Origin: Enoplolaimus lenunculus
Taxonomy: Eukaryota
DNA: 64,000 bases
Direction: 5' to 3'
Assembly (NCBI GenBank): GCA_030248215.1
Contig: JASANG010002570.1
Coordinates: 124,001 to 188,000 of the forward strand
The position numbers and the translations under genes were made by a program. Below the pieces are notes generated by a model. The model saw nothing but the letters and a program-made list of their open reading frames with translations, ran no database searches and was not told the DNA's origin. Below are positions 12,736 through 24,336 of the stretch, in pieces. The stretch's first letter is position 1, and every line of letters begins with the position of its first letter.

Positions 12736-15221
12736 TCACAAATTTAAGTCAGGCGGTTTGTAGTAGTTTCGGCACTTTTCGTAGAATATCTGAAAATCAA
12801 AACTTAAGTCATACAAAATATCAAAATTAATTGATGAATGCATCATTTTGACTAGTACCAACGAACTTAAAACAGTCGATTGTCGAACACAGATTTATCG
12901 AACAAGATTTACTGGCTTAGCAACACATTAGCTCAAAAGGATACTGTTTAATGCCGTGAAAACTACTTTGCTTATTAGTACCGTTTAAAAGTTGAAAAAC
13001 CAGACAAACAAAAATTCTTCTTTATCTTCGCGTTTTTGTGGGGGACTTCCCCTATGATGAACTTGGGGGAAATCTGGGGCAATGGAACGGTGGGGTGCGA
13101 TTCACCCAGGTTAAACCTTGGTTCATTGTTAAACGGTAGACACTGTTACGCTAACTTTCGCTGTATAATAATCGCCTCTAAAATCATTTAACGGTATTTT
13201 TGGTTCATATATCCTCCCAGGTATGGTATATTTACGTTATATTCAAGGTCTCCAGCTCGCTATACAATTGTTAAGGTGTATATTAATTACACAGAGTGGT
13301 GAAATGCAAAGAACAGGGACAGAACAGTATTACAAGCATATTGCAAAGCTTAAACCTAAGCCTAAGCGTAAGAATGAGCATATTCCGAAGCCTAAGCCTA
13401 AGCCAAGCAAAAAATTATTCTAAAGCTTAACTTTACTCTATTGCAGTCCCACAGAAAAACGTTCCACCCCTGATCTTTACATGGGCCCACAGAGTTAAGA
13501 TCATGCCCGTCCACTCTGAAAAAAGCGGAGACATCAACCTAGGGCAAATCAAAGATGGGGTGTAGTTGAGTTTTACCCGCAACCAAGCAGAACCCAGAAC
13601 ATACCTTAAGGCTACGTTCTTGAACAACTTCTTCAATGTTAAGTTCAGACTGTAGGAGTCTCAACTGAAAAATACATAACGAATACGCTCTTTCTACTTG
13701 TAAACGTGATACCAAACAAAAAATACTATTTTTTCCTACACTGTCTTTCAATGATATATACATGGAAAGACAAGAAACACGAAAAATTTTGTAATTAACT
13801 GGAACGACACGTTTTAGGACCTTAGTTTTCTCGTTAAGACAGGACATTTTAAACTACGTCTCCTGTTTAAATCATGTCTCCAGTTGCAATCGTGTAAAAA
13901 ATATATATTAACAAAATTAACGTACAACGAGAAAAACGTAAGTAACTTGAGGTTAAAAAACATAGAGGGCCTCGAAAGGCGTATACCGGAACGGAGATTA
14001 TTTGCAAAGCCGCCAGGCAAACATACTTTATTCTGTTCCCGTCTAAGACTTTTGAGCACATTTATATCGTCAGGATTCGAATCTCGCTGAGATCGTAACC
14101 CATGCACTGATGTTTGAGCAATTGAAATACAACGTTTTATTGAGTCATCACGTGTTGCGTATGCGGATCGCAGCTACATGTTTAAAAAATTAAATACGTA
14201 GCTTTAACATAATGGGGATGGTTTGAAGCTTTGCGATTGGCCTTTCACTAACCCAATTATAACTGCCGCAGATTCGACAATGGTTTAAAAATATTGGTGC
14301 ATAATTTTCAATTTTAAGAAATAATATTTGTGATAGTGTTAAGCGAACATGCAATACACCATTTTTCTTTTATCTTGAAAGTCCACACCTACCGCACATA
14401 GTTTACAAACAATTTTGTGAAATACGCCTGAATTTTCGAGTTCGGGCGTTTTTTTGGAAGACCCACATACATGTAGAAAGTTATATCAAAATTTTCCACA
14501 CATTGTCATGAAAGAGACGTATTAAACACACTTGCGTATTAAACATATATGTACTAACCTGTTTGTACAGATTTTGACAGCAATTCGTAGCGTTAATATC
14601 TTTAGTGAACGATGCTGTTGGAATCGAAGTATTCAGCTCATAAATGATTTTATCATCGATCACACGCATTTTCTTCAAGGCTTCCTGTCAAAAAAACTAA
14701 AACAGTGTTAATAAAGGTATAAACGGTGATAAAAACCCCATGACCCCCAGATTCTTAGTCCAGCGCACTACCACTGAGTCACGCAGCTTCACAATCAGCT
14801 TCCGACTTTTAACGTTTTTATGCCTTGTAAGAACCTAAGCATCATACACAAATATATCTTGGTTGTTCCATGTATTTATTGTTGCTGCATATGAAAATAC
14901 TACATGATATCAGTGTTTTAACCGATGTGCAGTATTAACATCAGGTTTACTTTGTAATGGGTGATGCGCTTGACTCGCGAGCGAGAGGTCCGAGGTTCGA
15001 TTCCCGGCGTGGCCATATATTTCGGAGATATTAAGGAGACCAAACATGTATATTCGCAGTACCTACATCAGAGAAAGGGGTCGTCCCGACCGTGCAGTTG
15101 ACAGTCATGTGCTTAAATCAAAATCAACAGTAACAAAAACATATAAACCAAAGATTAAAAAGCAGCTATATACCTGAAACTCGAGAAAATCATCGCAGCT
15201 GAGATGGTCAGTTTCTGACAT
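12736..15221 (-). CDS. MIX23: MIX23/CCDC58 mitochondrial intermembrane-space protein, 144 aa
   Basis: Exons 15221-15174, 14684-14559, 14173-14027, 13664-13605 and 12789-12736, all phase 0 GT-AG. Sequence [35 protein letters not shown]...[34 protein letters not shown]..YKPP matches my recollection of CCDC58 end to end. Confidence 0.95.
13298..13487. mobile_element. Merlin-like TTAGGC-carrying MITE (A1) in MIX23 intron 4
   Basis: Perfect TSD CACAGAGT at 13290-13297 and 13488-13495. Confidence 0.85.
14725..14787 (-). pseudogene. Degenerate tRNA-like or SINE-head fragment
   Basis: Minus strand reads gctgcgtgactcagtggtagtgcgctggactaagaatctggggg: A-box-like TGACTCAGTGG with a decayed B-box. Confidence 0.45.
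14954..15127 (+). mobile_element. tRNA-derived SINE, 5'-truncated (tRNA-Ala(CGC)-like head)
   Basis: gcgcttgactcgcgagcgagaggtccgaGGTTCGATTCCcggcgtggcca has a perfect B-box but no intact acceptor stem; the tail ends in aaatcaaaatcaa. Confidence 0.6.
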
Positions 15222-16358
15222 TAGTACTGAACACAAATCGACAATACTTAGTTTCTAATCAGACAGGTCACAAAAATAGCAAATGCGTATTAAACCAGGA
15301 TAGTAGCTGGACGCTTCAGCTAGAAATGCAACTTTCAGAATAGAAGCAAGTCTGCCGGTATCTGGCCATATAAAGGGATATCAAAGTCTAGAATAAAGTT
15401 GTGCGCCTAGCTACGTATTAATATTACGGATAAACACTTTCAAGTTAGTACAAACATAAATGAATTCTGGAAATTTAAGAGAAGCTGAACATCATCAATC
15501 ATCAAATGTTTTACACTTCTTGTGACAGAAATTCGTTTAGGGATAAACTTGTTTCATAACTGTGTTGCGGTAGTGCTTGCTTGAAAAATGACTTTCTAAT
15601 ATGAAGAAAGCAAAATTCGGATCTAACTCTAAGTAGAATATTCGAAGACAGTTTTAGACATTTACAAACCAATTCAGTTTTTCAAAATGCCGCTAAATGT
15701 GCTGCAAGAAAATGCATGTATACTTTATCTACTCAAAAATCGTTTTCTTAATTATTTTTAACACTTTAACTTCGTAGCTAGGTGCTAACAAATGCTGATC
15801 TATGTGAACCCCCTGGAAAGAATATAGTTGATAGCTTCTGTAACTTCGCGATTAATTTTCCTTGGCCATTTGTCATGTTTTTCATCAGTTGTTAGACGAT
15901 GGAAGCACAAAAGTTTCTGTGATCTTTTGTTTACATGCTCATGTTTTGCAGCCGAATTGTTTTATATAGTTGCAAAAGTTAACGATTATGGTGGGCAAGG
16001 ATATGATGTCATTCGACCGTGTATGCAGCTAGAAAGGCCCGCTGAGTGGCTTAGTGATAGAGCGGATGTTTACCTATCAACGAGGAATCTCCGAAATGTA
16101 TTTGTATGGTTGACCATGTGTTAATACTACATTTGTATGATGGAACCGGATGAAATTTAGCATGTGCTTCCATCGTATATTATAGTTGACTATGCTTGCG
16201 TATTTAGCTGCTGAGCTGTACCTGGGATTGCTAACGTAGGATTTATAAAAGATCGAGCTTAACTGTTTTAGTTTTTCTGCTTTAACTACTTATATGTAAT
16301 ATATGTATCGTTTTTAAGCATCTACATCAGTTACCTACATAATACATATTAATACATC

Positions 16359-17217
16359 ATGTCTGACGAAGAAGAAGAAATCGTCGACCCTTTTCCAGAA
16401 ATAAAAGAGAAATGTGCCGAACAAAAGGAATGCGCTAAACTGAAAGCAAAGCTAGAGGTAAGTAAATACTAAAAATGTCCCTGGACCGGAGCCAACACGT
16501 TATTTACCGGTGCCTAACCAGGATAAAACAATCGTATCACACTCGCTTGTGGTTTGAAAACTATGTAAATCTCAAGAAATTACTGAAGACGGTATTTTCC
16601 ATATACGTATAACGTATATCGTACCTCATGTTAATAGTTATCTTTAAGTGGTCAAACTTGGTCCCGGTTGGTACGGGCTCTTTGACAACTCCAGTAAATA
16701 CTAAATTGGAAATGGATAACTGCTTGTGTTTTTGTGCACCGTTCTATATATAGTATTTTGACGCTACAGTGTAGATACGTAAGACATGTAGAAGTTTGAA
16801 ATTCACTGTTAGGATGAAGCCGCTTTATAAAGTTTATGTTATACAATGCTGTCAAATGTAGAATTAACTTAGAACTTGACTAAACAATTGATAAGAATCG
16901 TGGAATATATACTGTGTATACGGAATTTCACATTATTTATTTTACTATCTATTTAACATTATTGGTCATAATCGTAACGGCGATTTTTACATTCTGTATG
17001 TATTTAAACTTTGGACCTTTTTAGCAACAACTTAATTTCATAAAACTAAGAAAAATAATGCTTATCATTTTATATGAACCGTTTTACATTACAGGAATGC
17101 AATGAACGTACAGCAGCACATCCAGAAGAAGAAGAAAGTTGTCATGAAGAAATGATTGATTTTATGCATTGTGTTGGAGAATGTGCAGCGCCGCTGATAT
17201 GGCAAAAATTAAAATAG
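16359..17217 (+). CDS. UQCRH: Cytochrome b-c1 complex subunit 6 (hinge protein), 73 aa
   Basis: Exons 16359-16457 and 17095-17217 give MSDEEEEIVDPFPEIKEKCAEQKECAKLKAKLEECNERTAAHPEEEESCHEEMIDFMHCVGECAAPLIWQKLK: acidic N-terminus, VDP motif and hinge cysteine pattern. Absent from the ORF track. Confidence 0.96.
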
Positions 17218-18059
17218 TCCTAGGATTTTAATTATTTTTAGTGTTCTCTTGTCTTTTTGTTTGTGGTATACCATGTTTGACAGTTGAGTGTATTGCATGC
17301 CATTTGCGTGAGCACTTATATAAAACATGTTGCGTTCAAAACTCGAAGGTTTAAACCTAGGCAGAAACGAACGACTAAGGCCTGTGACTTCGTCGGATTT
17401 CTTTTATAATTTGTCGTCGTTCTGCATGGGGCAAAAATACAAATTGCACTTTGTGATTTACGAAAAATAGTATGAAGACTGTTTTTAGTATTTTAAATCA
17501 ATGTTCAGAAATATTGGTGTAAACCAATGTTTTTTAAATTGTTTCATCACTTTCTTAAGGTTGTTTTCCGAACGCGGAAACCATCCTTTCGTTCTGTCGT
17601 AAATTTGTTTTTATTTAGTTGTTGCTAGTAACAAAATTGCAGTAGAATTGTGGTTTTATGGTAGTAAAATTTATTTCGTAGCTATCTTTTGATGATTTGG
17701 AACGAATGATAATTTGAGCGTGTACTCAGTTACTGTGTCTTGTGAAAGATAGAAATTTACGATGTGTTAGGCCCGTGTTACTTTGAGGAGCGAACCATTA
17801 AGCTTTAGACAAATTTTTTGCTTATGCTTTTATCTATAAACTGATTCTTACGCTTATCTGTAAGCTTATTCTTACGCTGAGGTTTAGGAGTATGCTTATC
17901 CTACTGTTTAGCCCCTGTAAGTAACATTGGCCATAAATTAGGACTCCATCAGAGCTATAACAATACAAAAATCCGACTGTCGTTCTGTATTGCATGCATT
18001 TAGTCCGAAATTCCTAAATCTATCTTTGAACAAAACTAAAGTCCAGACACAAGTTAACT

Positions 18060-18218
18060 GGCCCATGTAAAGATCAGGGGCGGACCTTTTTTCTGTGGGA
18101 CTAGAATAGAGTTAACTTAAGCTTTAGACTAATTTTTTGTTAGGCTTAGGAATACACTAATTCTTAGGCTTAGGAAAATGCTGATAATACTGTTTCGCCC
18201 CTTTTCTTTACATAGGCC
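18060..18218. mobile_element. Merlin-like TTAGGC-carrying MITE (A1)
   Basis: Begins GGCCCATGTAAAGATCAGGGGCGG and ends CCCCTTTTCTTTACATAGGCC. Confidence 0.8.
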
Positions 18219-18340
18219 GGGAGCGCTATGAATTGTCCAGTCTTATATACCGAGAAACACTGATTAAACATACATTTTGAATATTTGTAATATATACTTT
18301 TGTTTCAGATACTCATTAGTCGTTAGTAAAAATGTGATGT

Positions 18341-19351
18341 ATGTCGAGTACTTGTGTAGAGTTAAGAGTATTTCGTGCAATTATTGGATTAAACGGTCGT
18401 ACAAATGATGTAATTCAAGCAAAATGTATTCGGGAACCTTCACAGATTCTTGATTTTGAATCGCAAGCAATTAGCTTGACATCTGGTGTGAAGGATTCAA
18501 CCAAATGTAGTGACCTTGTTGTCTATTTCGGTGGCGATATTCAAGATTATGAACTCGCGATGAGAGAGCACAGTGAAAATCATAGGTTTTTGAAGTATTC
18601 ATTGGAAAATACAGCTAGAAGGTTAGCTGTCCGGTTCCAAGGCTGTGATATATTGGTTGTTCGTCCGGCTAACTTATTTCTGGGTACGTTTAGTTGTTAT
18701 TCAAATTTTGTCTCAAGTGATATGCGTGGTGTGCCACGGTTTGACGAATCAAAAGCCGAGAAGCGTGAAGCTTGGGAACATTTAAGGAGTTTGGTTGGTT
18801 CTGTACTTGCACGTGTTTACAGCTCTGCCAATGAAAATAAAGCGCAAGTTGCGCCTAGTGATGGCATAGGGATTGAGCCAATAAGGGTTGCTAATTTGAG
18901 GCTAGTTGGGTTTAGCAAGGGTGCGGTTGTGCTCAATGAACTTATGATGGAAGCAGGTGCTCGAAGAAAGGAAACTGACAGGGATGATGTTAGACACAGA
19001 CTCTGTTCGGAACTCATAAATACACTCCGGCACGTGTATTATTTGGACGGAGGGCATGGGGGTAAAAAGAGTACGTGGCTGACTTCAAGTAGTGTGCTGA
19101 AAAGAACTGCGGATGCGCTTCCGGAAGACTGTTGCGTCAGTGTTTCCGTATCGCCGTATCAAATTAACGATCCAAGTAGGCCGTGGGTTGGAAAAGACGA
19201 AAAAGAATTTTCAAGTATTCTGGAAAAATTGTTCGAATCGCGAAGTGGAACGTTTACAAGAACGGTATGTGGAGATGTTTTAAAACCAAAGTCACTTGCG
19301 GTGCATTTTCGTGTGCTTGATGAATTTTTAAATGCAACTGCTAATGAATAA
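18341..19351 (+). CDS. C2orf69: C2orf69 / UPF0565 family protein, 336 aa, single coding exon
   Basis: Family motifs YFGGDIQDY, YSLENTA, FSCYSNFV, GFSKGAVVLNEL, YYLDGGHGG, SPYQINDPSRPWVGKDEKEF and HFRVL. A TGTTTCAG acceptor lies at 18301-18308. Confidence 0.92.
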   Translation: MSSTCVELRVFRAIIGLNGRTNDVIQAKCIREPSQILDFESQAISLTSGVKDSTKCSDLVVYFGGDIQDYELAMREHSENHRFLKYSLENTARRLAVRFQGCDILVVRPANLFLGTFSCYSNFVSSDMRGVPRFDESKAEKREAWEHLRSLVGSVLARVYSSANENKAQVAPSDGIGIEPIRVANLRLVGFSKGAVVLNELMMEAGARRKETDRDDVRHRLCSELINTLRHVYYLDGGHGGKKSTWLTSSSVLKRTADALPEDCCVSVSVSPYQINDPSRPWVGKDEKEFSSILEKLFESRSGTFTRTVCGDVLKPKSLAVHFRVLDEFLNATANE

Positions 19352-21447
19352 TTTTCGCTCACATTAGTTTTCTGTGCCATATTCTCGTGGACGACAAAAA
19401 GTAGGCATTGCTTTTAGACCATAATTTGGCTTAGGTGTAAGTTTACACTTTTTTAACGCTTAGGTTGAGGAATATGCGTATTCTACTTGCAGTTACGGCC
19501 CTAAAATTAATGTCGGGCCATATTTTTATAGCACGTGTTAATATAAAAGTGTGCTCACGAAGCATAAACTTGAGAATAACGCCAAGCCTAATGTTCAGCG
19601 TGCAAAGCGGAACTGAATTGTGCCAAAATCGCAACAGCTAATTTATACCGAAATCGAAACTACAAATTTTGGGACTGTGCAGATAATTTGTGTTAAGATT
19701 AACAAGTCTATATAATATTGATATAGGGTGCCTGTTGGTGGCTGGCAACAATTCTCACGGCAATCATGTTTTGATTGCGTAAAGCTAAACTACAATCAGT
19801 TTTTGATAAATTAATTCATCGAAAACAATTTAAAATATAAATGATGCAGAAATTTTATGCAACATATCACAAGAAGTAGGCCTAAGACTAAAATGTCAGA
19901 ATTTGGAATCGGGATCCGGTTGCACCCTGCTAATCCTAAACCTAAATTTGTTTGTCCTTGCGTCTCAAAGTGCAGGCTCGTATAATTAACATGGACTTTA
20001 TTATATTACCCGTGATCAAACTCCCTGTGGCGTAAGTAGTAATTTCGAAAAAGTTTGGATTCCGATTCCTACTGCCTGCTATTCCGATGCCGGAAAGGTG
20101 ATTGAATTGCCCGTAGTTTTACTTGCAGATCTGTTTGTTTTTCTTACAAAGTATTCTCAATTGTTACTTGAAGATGATCTAGCAGAGCAAATTATTTAGC
20201 TGATAATCAAAATGTGACTGCAATTATTGAAAAGTTTAAGTTTTACCTCTAAACGAATTTAATATAAACTTTAATTTTTATTCATATCAGCAAGCAGTGA
20301 TGCTAGCCCAACAATGTTTCAAATATAGCTCGATGTTTGGTTGAACAGTAGCCTTACTGTAGTGACAACGGCACTCTGTAGAATTGGATAATTTTAGAAA
20401 ATCTGGGTCCTGTTATTTATGGTTTCATAAGACTTCATATTTAAAGTTCTGAAATGCTAAAAATGCTTAACTGTATTGAAACAAGGCCAAGCGGATTACG
20501 TGCTTTGAGAATAGGTAGGATTCCATTAATATATTATTAAGCCGACAGCGTTTGTAGGATTGCTAATACAATCAGCTATACAAGCAAACTTTACTGAAAC
20601 TGAACAATACAGACAGGCATACTGCAATACAAGTCAGGTCATACGTTTTACTTTTTAATAGAATTACAAAAACTTGAATTCAGATTCCGGCTGCAGCCCC
20701 GACAAAAAATTTAATTCCGATTCCTATTACGACAAAATGTATTTCCGATTGGAACCCTGGTGTGATGTGTTTTAAATTTGTAGTCTGTATTGTTGCGCCG
20801 TGTTTTCTCAAAAAAGTTAACTGAATGGAAAACAGAACGATAGTTCACATGTTTTAAAAATTCGGACTAATTGATAACCATATTTGAGGCTTGGAGCCGG
20901 GTTCTCAACTATGTGCACCAGGTGGCAACCGGAACTATGATATCGTAACCGGAAAGTTAAAAAACACCGGAGCCGAAAAAGCAAGATACGTGTTGCCGAA
21001 AAATTCATTTTAACGCTCAAGTCATTTAGAATGCTAAAATCCTGAAACAAAGCAGTAGTTGGAAACATTTGATAAATTATGGAGTATGGCAGAAATTGAA
21101 CATTTTGGAAATACTCGCTGAGACAATTTTACAAAAATAAGTTTGAATAATATGCCAATTTTTCTGAAATTTTTCACTGAGAAAAATTTTCAATATTGCA
21201 AATACCGGAAAATTTCGGTGAAAAATACCGGATCTACTACCGGAATCGGGTAGTGAAAAATACCGGATTTCCCGGCCGGAAACGAAATTCTTGTTTCTCC
21301 TTGGTGTGCACACACCGCTAGTAGAGATACGAGGGTCCAGAATTTATTTTAAAGTCATTCGCATAAAAACAGTCCTCTCACGCTCAATTCTGGTTTGAAA
21401 AACATGTCAATCATAAGAAATTACTGTACATTAATTTTCCACTGTTA

Positions 21448-22229
21448 AGCCCTATTCACACGTGCAAGTTTTTGCAGCAAAAACTTGCACGTGCAACTTG
21501 CATGTGCGCGTTTGGTCTCAAAGCAGATTTGAAGTTCTTGCAGTTGCAAATTATTCATTAGAATTCATGTGATTGAATTTAGTTCGCACGTGTGAACGCC
21601 GTCGCAAATCGTTCGAATTTCTTGCACTTGCAATTTCATTGGCCAATTAGAAGACATGTTGCTGAGCGGCTTTTGAATTAATTCACACTTATTGAATTTA
21701 TTCAAGAAGTGTAAATTAATTCAAATATCTAACTTGTTTGATATTTCGCAGCCAACGGCGAAAGTAATTTGACTAATTTTAACTTTTTAAGCATTAAATA
21801 AAGATTGCATCGCGACGAAAACTTTTTCAAGTCAAGAAACTTCGAGTAAAAATCTTTGCGCATGAATGTTTCTTACAACTGAAACTTGCAGCTGCAAGTT
21901 TTTTGAAAAATTTATTCCAAAAACTTGCAGTTGCAATTTATTCATGATTAATATATGTGAAGAATTAATTCGTAGGTATGAACAGTCCTGCAAGTCGAAT
22001 TCATTTATCATCATTGACTAAACTGATAGATTATAGGTTATGTTTGGTATTTATTGCAGTGGTCTGCAAATTATTCCCATAAATTCATGTCAAGATTCAG
22101 AATGAAAGTCATGATTCTTTACAAATACTTGCAGCTGTAAGTATTTCGTGCAAGTTGCAGCTGCAAGTATTTCGTGCAAGTTGCAGCTGCAAGTTCTCGC
22201 AGCAAAAAATTGCACGTGTTAATAGGGCT
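21448..22229. mobile_element. PIF/Harbinger-like MITE with TTGCAGCTGCAA-rich arms
   Basis: TIR AGCCCTATTCACACGTGCAAG / TTGCACGTGTTAATAGGGCT with TWA-type flanks. Related copies at 22430-22652, 29429-29545, 43740-43885 and 58711-58985. Confidence 0.75.
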
Positions 22230-24336
22230 CAAGCCACCATATATATACTTATGATGTAATCGTAGGTCAAGTTGATATTTATTTCTACGTTGTCTAACTT
22301 GGCCTTGGTAGGTACCGTCGACCAGGGTGCAATCGGAATTCCGATTCATAACGAGTTTGATTCCGATTCCACAATCAATCGGAATCGGAATTTCCACATT
22401 TTAATTTTAGGCCTACTTGTTGTGATCAAGTATTTTCGAAGGAACTTTCTGATTGACAAATCAAAGTGCAAGTGCAAGAAATTCAAGCGTCTTGCAACTG
22501 CGTTCACTGGTGCGAATTAAATAAAATAGCATAAATTCAAGTGAATAATTTGCAGCTGCAAGAACTTCAAGGCTGCTTTTTGGCCAAACTTGCACATGCA
22601 AGTTGCATGTGCAAAATTTTTCCTGCAAAAACTTGCACGTGTAAATGGGGCTTAAGGGACGTGTAACTGACAATTGAAAGTATGGGTAGAAGTAACAGTT
22701 CTCGTACATTATTTGGTGGCTTTTGTATTCAGAAAAAGTGTTTGTATGATTAAGCAATAAATTGATGCATTTTATTTTGCACATTTGAGCATAAATGTAC
22801 GTAATAATTTAATTGTAGCATCTTTTTCAATTCAAGGGTCGGCCAGTACATAGGGAAGCCTAAAAGCATCTTGTAGTGGCCCGAACAGAGTGTGTAAATG
22901 TGAGGGGTCACCATTTGCAGTCCCAATCAATAGGAGTCCGTATCCCTAAAAGAGCCTGTAAGCAAATAGAGTCGTTAAAGCCTATAATTAGAGTCCATAA
23001 ATATCAATTATAACAATTGTACTGCACAAATCGGCCCGGGCCCGCAAATTTTATATTTTTTGAAGCACTAAAAACATCAAGCAAACGGTGTTGTAGTTGC
23101 AAATTAAGTACTTTCCTTGCAATACATGTCAATCTGTCGTGAGAAAATATAAACGTTCCGGCCTCGCTTAGAACCACAGCTTCAAAATTCAAATTTCAAA
23201 TTCCAGTATATGATATTCAACAGGACAATTTGGGTATGTTACTTCAACTATACAGACATTTGAAAATATATCATATGATATTCGCAGACAATACCTCGAA
23301 TATCATGATATTGAAGGACAAAAAGTGACATATATACACATGATATTAGCAGACAAACACGAATTTTTGAATACGATATGGGGTCTACAAGCAGACAAAA
23401 TGTGACTCAATAGTCTAATTGGGACAAAACGTGTCCCAAACTGCCCCGGTTATAACGAGAACCCCGCATTAGGCTTAGTCTTAGGAATAGGCTCATTCAT
23501 ACGCTTTATTAGGCTTAAGAATATGCTTATACTACTGTTAAGGCCCTGTTCTATACATGGGCCAACGTTCCCATCTCATGCAGAACGTCCAACCGAATAG
23601 CGGGAAAACAATTTTAGACCAGTGTTCAGGATTGGCGTGCGTCTGTTGCGAGTGTGAACTAAAGTTGCAGATCTGAGCGAGATGTCAAGCATAAAGTAAT
23701 AAAAAATAATTACAATTCCGAATGCATTGATTTTATTAAGAAACTGTGAGTTGTCGCCACTAGCAAATACATAGAGTGGGCGTACGCCCCCTATCAAAAA
23801 ATTTTTGTGATAAAATGGTAAAGTCCCTACCTTACAGTGTTGCCCCTCAGAAAATGTTTTGTAAAAAAAGAAGGTACCTAGCATTTCTTTTAGAATATTT
23901 TGGTGATAAAATGATAAGGCCCTTTACCTTACAATTTCTCCACCTCACAATTTGGTGGCGGCGGCCCGGCCTGTCCTGCTTTAGGCCCGAGGGCACGGCA
24001 CAAATGACTCCAGGACCAAACAAGGTTGTTGAAGGTACATTCTGAAGTAAAACCTTGCATTATCGCTCAAGCTTTTGAGTTTTGATTCAAGACAAAAACT
24101 TAATTCAACGGATGGTTACAATACCGGATCGGATATATATTAGTAACGAAGGGTGGCCGAGGGTAAATTAACAATAAAAGTCCGTCACCAAATATTAACA
24201 ATGTGGGTACGTTCTGGAGAAGCCAAATAAATATCGTGAACAGCGGCCTGCTCGCTGACGCCTGAGCCTTCTATTTCAGCATGTCACCTGATAAATAGGT
24301 CCGCATAAGCTATTTTATTGCTTATCGACCTGACTT

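Noticed and set aside
14954..15015. Functional tRNA gene
   Set aside because: The 5' acceptor strand and the start of the D-arm are missing, so it is treated as a SINE head or pseudogene.
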